Part shown: positions 59,784 through 64,000 of the stretch, piece by piece
How positions within the stretch are numbered: the first letter of the stretch is position 1
How the letters are laid out: the number at the start of each line of letters is the position of its first letter
Assembly (NCBI GenBank): GCA_964016885.1
Contig: OZ024740.1
Location: forward strand, 354,702,001-354,766,000
Source of the DNA: Eledone cirrhosa
Taxonomy: Eukaryota
DNA length: 64,000 nucleotides
Direction: 5' to 3'
Program-made: the position numbers and the translations under genes
The notes under the pieces: model-generated
What the model was told of the DNA's origin: nothing
Seen by the model: the letters and a program-made list of their open reading frames with translations, nothing else
The model's database searches: none

Positions 59784-61655
59784 TGCACTCACATATGGAT
59801 GCCTATCCTTTGATATCTTTAAACATCTGGAACAAACATTAAATATTAAGGTTTCTACAGAAAATTCAGAAATATTTTATGATCAGATAATAAATAGGAG
59901 TGACTCAACAGCAGTTCATTTGAGCAGATTTTCTTTTTTCTTCTCTATATCAATGTAGTTTGACAACCAGAGTGCACTGTCAATTCTTTTATTCTTTTAC
60001 TGGTTTTAGTTATTAGACTGAAGCCATGCTTAGGCACTGCCTTCAAGGGATTTATTTGATCATATTGACTCCTGCACATATTTTAAAGTCTAATACTTAT
60101 TTTATCAATCTATATTTGTTGAATCACTAAGATATAATATCAAACAGCAATGTACACATACATACAATATAGTCGCCACAATGCAGATAACTATAAAAAT
60201 AGTTGAAGACTATAAATAATTGTTGAATAGGTTGGGTAAAGTGCTATATATACTCATGTATCTTGTGTATAAGCTGATCCAAATATAGACCAACACCACT
60301 ATTTATATTGGAGAAATGGGAAAAAATCCAAACCCTGTGAATAAGCTGAGGTAGCTAATCAACACATTATGTTTAGATGGTGTAGTTTTGTAAATTACCA
60401 TGAGTGGAGAATATTTTTATTCAGTTTTAATATTTTGATATCTACAATGCTTTTAAGTGCTGTTTAGAGTATAGTTTCTGGTTCACAGCACTGTTACATA
60501 ATTATTTTTTACCGCTTCATTCATTTTATAAAGTTTCAACAACTTTCTCAAATTTTTCATACTTCTTTTTAGCAGACAACAATAGCACCATCTTCTGAAT
60601 GTGACAGGTTTAATCCCCAAATATTAAATCTATATACATAATATTTATTATTATTATTATATATACCAGGTGATGTGTTGTTTCCTTGAGCAAGACACTT
60701 TATTTCACATTGCTCCAGTTTACTCAGCTATAGAAATGAGATGATAGGACTGGGGTCATGGTAAAAAAGCACCCAGTCCACACTGTAAAGTGGACGTGTA
60801 GGCGCCACGGAAAAAAAAAGCACCCAGCACTCACTGTAAATGAGGTTGGTGTTAGGAAGGGCATCCAGCTGTAGAAATCAAGCCTGAATCAGTTCCCGTC
60901 CCACCCTTACAAGCAGGGAAAAGCGGATGTAAAATGATGATGATGATGATATACATAAATGGCAATTTTTGTCTGTTTGTTTGTGAACCTAAAACTCAAA
61001 AACTACCAAACCGATCTTGATGAAACTTGACACATGTGTTGGGCTCATGCCCATTTGATTTCTTATGTATATTTCATTTTAATCAAAGGGTTCCTCAGGG
61101 GCTCAAACCCCTGCTGAAAATTGTTTCCCTTCGATTTATATGAAATTTAAACCATAGGTAAATGACAAGATATGATGCCTATTCACAAAATTTCAGCAAA
61201 TTTCAATAATATTAAGACACCCTAATGGGGATTCTATTATTTTCCTTATAGCAACACTCAACTTCTCTGACAAACATTTTTTTGCCTGACCAATGCAATC
61301 AACAATATTTGTTTGTATTATTGTTTCGTAAATGAATTTTTCTTCGCTTTTGATTATCTGTCCTATATTTTGATTTCATTTTTGGTCTGAGAGGCATTGG
61401 GTATTTTAATGGGAACTGGGAATACCCCCCCCCCCCCCGCTCCTGGGTATTACCGGGTACTTCAGCTAGTGTTTAATAATTTCTTTTCTCAGGTTTGGAA
61501 TGATTTCATGAACCAATCAGAAGAGGAGCAGCAAAAGATCTTGCAAAAATCTAATGGTCGCAATTCACGCTACCGAAGAAGTAAGACTGATCAAGTCTTA
61601 AAAGACAAAGATTTGAATCAAGATAATTGGGAAATTGTTCCTGATATGAGAGCTG
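40835..61655 (+). CDS. R3HDM4: R3H domain-containing protein 4-like, spliced gene span (5' part; continues beyond 61655)
   Basis: Joined exons give ...[24 protein letters not shown]...SVFAEIL...[18 protein letters not shown], matching the R3H-associated N-terminal domain of R3HDM4 (G..S.RR.EN..YLL.L, FAE, VWNDFMN.S.EEQ). GT-AG introns with compatible phases. Confidence 0.85.
41815..42525 (+). mobile_element. Internally deleted RTE 3' fragment with 48-bp-unit 3' module
   Basis: Remnant [24 protein letters not shown], then CAGTCCACACTGTAAA units, GGAAGGGCATCCAG core, hairpin and (GAT)n. Confidence 0.75.
42537..44190 (-). mobile_element. 5'-truncated RTE copy, family B, including the PHD finger
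   Basis: ORF pieces [58 protein letters not shown]; (ATC)n tail next to (TA)n. Confidence 0.92.
44226..45479. repeat. 139-bp dispersed direct repeat (44226-44364 / 45341-45479)
   Basis: TATAAATG(T/C)ACCAGAATATG...GAAAGTAAA occurs twice with about 2 mismatches. Confidence 0.9.
44490..44675 (-). mobile_element. tRNA-derived SINE, same family
   Basis: GGTACTTTATTTTATCGACCCC..GAAAGGCAAAG..GGGATTTGAACTC..ACTGCCA. Confidence 0.75.
46785..47352 (+). mobile_element. Short non-autonomous derivative of the RTE family A 3' end, with internal tandem duplication
   Basis: Starts at AATGTCACTGGACC after (TA)n; roughly 114-bp unit duplicated; (GAT)n tail then (TA)n. Confidence 0.85.
47995..48680 (+). mobile_element. 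Degenerate RLE-type (CRE-like) non-LTR retrotransposon fragment
   Basis: [62 protein letters not shown]: zinc-knuckle/PD-(D/E)xK endonuclease region. Confidence 0.8.
49280..49500 (-). mobile_element. tRNA-derived SINE, same family
   Basis: Same diagnostic blocks on the minus strand. Confidence 0.7.
49620..49950 (-). mobile_element. SINE remnant of a different family
   Basis: Contains GACAGTTGCTCAAGATGCCGCATAGTGGGATTGATCC, resembling a reverse-complemented tRNA-head/CORE-type junction. Confidence 0.45.
50410..51170 (-). mobile_element. RTE 3' fragment with SINE-like 3' module
   Basis: [21 protein letters not shown]...WYGHVMR on the minus strand; (ATC)n tail near 50425. Confidence 0.8.
51859..54074 (-). 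mobile_element. 5'-truncated RTE family A copy (RT, PHD, C-terminus, 3' UTR) with a few indels
   Basis: Closely matches 10910-13114 by eye; ORF pieces 53003-54160, 52632-53021 and 52250-52672; (ATC)n tail. Confidence 0.95.
54075..54955 (-). mobile_element. CR1-clade LINE 3' fragment, directly abutting the RTE copy
   Basis: QSDLD...[63 protein letters not shown] are CR1-type RT C-terminal motifs. Confidence 0.88.
55854..55926. mobile_element. Tc1/mariner-type mini-MITE
   Basis: TA|CAGGGTG...CACCCTG|TA. Confidence 0.6.
55938..56512 (-). mobile_element. Second copy of the short RTE 3'-end derivative with internal duplication
   Basis: Same 5' start and same duplicated unit as 46785-47352; (ATC)n tail next to (TA)n. 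Confidence 0.85.
56513..57228. repeat. 152-bp inverted repeat pair (56513-56664 / 57077-57228)
   Basis: Arms are reverse complements with very few mismatches. Confidence 0.9.
57610..58263 (+). mobile_element. 5'-truncated RTE family B copy, ending about 75 nt upstream of R3HDM4-like exon 2
   Basis: [27 protein letters not shown]...GRPRKTW; (GAT)n tail. Confidence 0.9.
58338..58510 (+). CDS. R3HDM4: R3HDM4-like exon 2 ([10 protein letters not shown]...[12 protein letters not shown])
   Basis: Pyrimidine tract plus CACAG acceptor, GTGAGT donor, 173 nt. Confidence 0.85.
59279..59397 (+). CDS. R3HDM4: R3HDM4-like exon 3 ([11 protein letters not shown]...[14 protein letters not shown])
   Basis: TAATAG acceptor, AAG|GTAAAA donor, 119 nt. 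Confidence 0.87.
59720..59785. repeat. (CT)n(CA)n microsatellite
   Basis: Pure dinucleotide runs. Confidence 0.95.
60950..61469 (+). mobile_element. Non-autonomous Helitron-like element
   Basis: GTCTGTTTGTTTG..AACTCAAAAACTAC..CCGAT 5' block; GC-rich subterminal GGGTATTACCGGGTAC then CTAG|T 3' end. Confidence 0.6.
61493..61655 (+). CDS. R3HDM4: R3HDM4-like exon 4 ([17 protein letters not shown]...VPDMRA)
   Basis: TTTTCTCAG acceptor, GTATAT donor, 163 nt; VWNDFMN.S.EEQ signature. Confidence 0.9.
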
Positions 61656-61789
61656 GTATATATATATATATTCATTTAATCCTTTCATTACCATATTTGT
61701 TATGAAGATATTCCTTATGTTTTTCAAATAATTTTAAAAACAAGAATTTCAAAATATTTCATAACTTACATCATTTATTTTGTATTAGA

Positions 61790-62030
61790 ATTGGCAGAAT
61801 CATTACAGCATTAGGTAAAAACTTTGTGGTATTTAGTTACAGAACTTTGTTTTGAGTTCAAATTCTGCCCTGGTCAACTTTGCCTTTCATCCATCTGAGG
61901 TTGATAAAATAGAGTACCAGTAAATTACTGGGGTCAATAAAATAAAGTACTAGTAAAGTACTGGGATTGATATAATTGACGTTCCTCTCCTCAAAATTGC
62001 TGGCCTTGTGCCAACATGCCAAAATTAGAA
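61790..62030 (+). mobile_element. tRNA-derived SINE, same family
   Basis: TTGGCAGAATC A-box-like, GAGTTCAAATTC B box, GTCAACTTTGCCTTTCATCC body. Confidence 0.7.
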
Positions 62031-63321
62031 GTCATTTATCAGATATTCCCAACATAACTTAAAGTTCTTGCATAAAATTATGATGGAATGTTTCTGGATA
62101 AATAATAACACTTTGAAATAAATAGCCTAGTATTGTAGAACCAGGGTTGTGGTATCAAAAGAGTTTTAAAAAGTGTGTTTGATTCAAGTTTTAAGACCTT
62201 CTTTGATCCCCACCTTCTCTCCATCTGAACAGTTCCCTGCTCATTGATTATCTGTGTCATCCCTGTCTCTTCATTACAATAGCTTCTACTCTTCCCATCT
62301 TTATCTACACCCACATCTCACCTGTCTTCCTCCCTCTCACCACTTCTAGTGTATCTTCTTTCCTCCTACCACTTCTAATAAGTCTTCCTCCCACCACACC
62401 TAGTATATCTTTCTTCCTCCCACCACTCTTATTATGTCTTTATTCCTTTCATCACTTCTGGTCTGTCTTAGATATTTTTCACTTATTCAATAGGTACACC
62501 TTCTCCATACATGTAAAGAGCATCTAAAAGGGTTGGTGTCAGGAAGGACATCCAACTATAAGATACTGCCTCAATAGAGCATCTTGATGAGTATAAAGTC
62601 TCTTATGGAGTCTGCAAGGCTAAATCCTGCTTTAGCAGGGGACATTGTTTTAAAATGTTTGTTGCTGTTGTTATTTGTGTTAAAAAACAATAAGTGAACC
62701 TTTGCCTGCATAGTTACTTGATCTGGTAGCGATGACTGCCAAATTTCCTTAGGCACATATGCTGGAAGAGGATGGAACCTGGTAAAAGCTTGACTGAGTA
62801 ATCTACAGGATACCATCCTGGCCACATGTCCTCAAAAAGGACATTACAGTGAAGATCTCCCTCAAATGGTAGCCAAAGGTTTGAGGGAGGGGGCATATGA
62901 AGCGAAGCAGATTCATCAAGACCGGGTTGATTTCTGTGGAGAAAGCTTTGTAAGACATGTGCCTGACCTGTGACAAGACTTGCTACTGAGCAGAAGGGAG
63001 ATCTCTCATTGCTCAATTCTCGATAGGGAGAAAAGGAGGTGGAGGAAAAGTCATTATTATTATTGGAATGTCTTTAATGATAGATTGACTGAGTTAGCGT
63101 AAGCCTCATCAACAGTTACCATTTTAAAACAGCTTTCTCTCACACATGCTTAAAACAAACACAAAATACTTATAAACACGAAAAACTGCAAGATCAAATG
63201 GCATGCTACACTGAATTGCTGATCTGGATTGCTAATCAATTCCAGGGAAGCAACTCTTTTCAACACTAACTGAATTCACATTATTTTCTCACTAATAGAA
63301 TCTTCAATTATATTATATATA

Positions 63322-63421
63322 CAGGGTGTCCCCCAAAATGTATACATATTCTGATTACCTGTACAGGCAATATTTATTAGAATGCTGTTGAAGTGTATAT
63401 ACATTTTTTTGGAACACCCTG
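63322..63421. mobile_element. Tc1/mariner-type MITE
   Basis: TA|CAGGGTGTCCCCCAAAATGTATACA...TGTATATACATTTTTTTGGAACACCCTG|TA. Confidence 0.7.
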
Positions 63422-63734
63422 TATATATAAACAGATTGGGTAAGGTGTGCTAAAGATGAACAAATTATTATTGTATTCATCTAACAACCTACTTGTCATT
63501 GACCTCACTAAAGTGGCTTCTTACCTCTGGCATGGGATTTCTTATTGAGAACTTTGCAGAATAGAACCCACTTTTTATGTCATGGGCCCTTAACACCTGA
63601 TGAAGTCGTAGGGGCACTTTCATTACGTATGTCATGTCTGGAGCATTTTAACTTGATAGAACCCATCCCTCTCCAGATGTGGACACAGAAATAGAGAGAA
63701 GTAAGAAAGAGAGCTATAGAGGAAGAATCAATCC

Positions 63735-63870
63735 CAGTATTGAATGGTACTTTATTGACTTCGAAAGGATGAAAGGCAAAGTTGACTTTGATGGGATTTG
63801 AACTCAGAGCACAGAGAATCAGAACCATAAATTATTCTGACATTCTAACAACACTGCCATGTTGCCACCT
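63735..63870 (-). mobile_element. tRNA-derived SINE, same family
   Basis: GGTACTTTATTGAC..GGATGAAAGGCAAAGTTGAC..GGGATTTGAACTC. Confidence 0.7.
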
Positions 63871-64000
63871 TCTTATCATTGCACTCTTATTTTATGAGAG
63901 ACAGTTAATATGTTTGACTTTCAATTGCATATGCATCTAGTGTTACTCATCAATGCATGCTACAGTCTTTCATATAATGAAATCTTTTGATCCTGACCAT

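Overview
AT-rich, repeat-dense eukaryotic DNA. The SINE/LINE repertoire suggests a cephalopod, probably Octopus (inference). Two intron-rich genes lie head-to-head about 3 kb apart. On the minus strand is the centriole cartwheel gene SAS-6: 14 coding exons traced by eye from ATG 37775 down to 4100, about 560 aa, with the 3' end not found in the window. On the plus strand is an R3HDM4-like gene: 4 coding exons from ATG 40835 to 61655, continuing further right. The introns are packed with RTE-clade LINEs, CR1 and CRE-like LINE fragments, tRNA-derived SINEs, TA- and TTAA-flanked MITEs, Helitron-like elements and minisatellites. The most interesting system is an RTE family with a near-intact 995-aa copy at 9603-13114. 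It carries a C4-H-C3 PHD-type zinc finger inserted in the C-terminal part of its reverse transcriptase. The family repeatedly sits in (TA)n microsatellites, ends in a conserved hairpin plus (GAT)n tail, has produced a defined non-autonomous derivative, and appears to copy flanking DNA at its 5' junctions. All calls are by-eye readings; no database searches were run.
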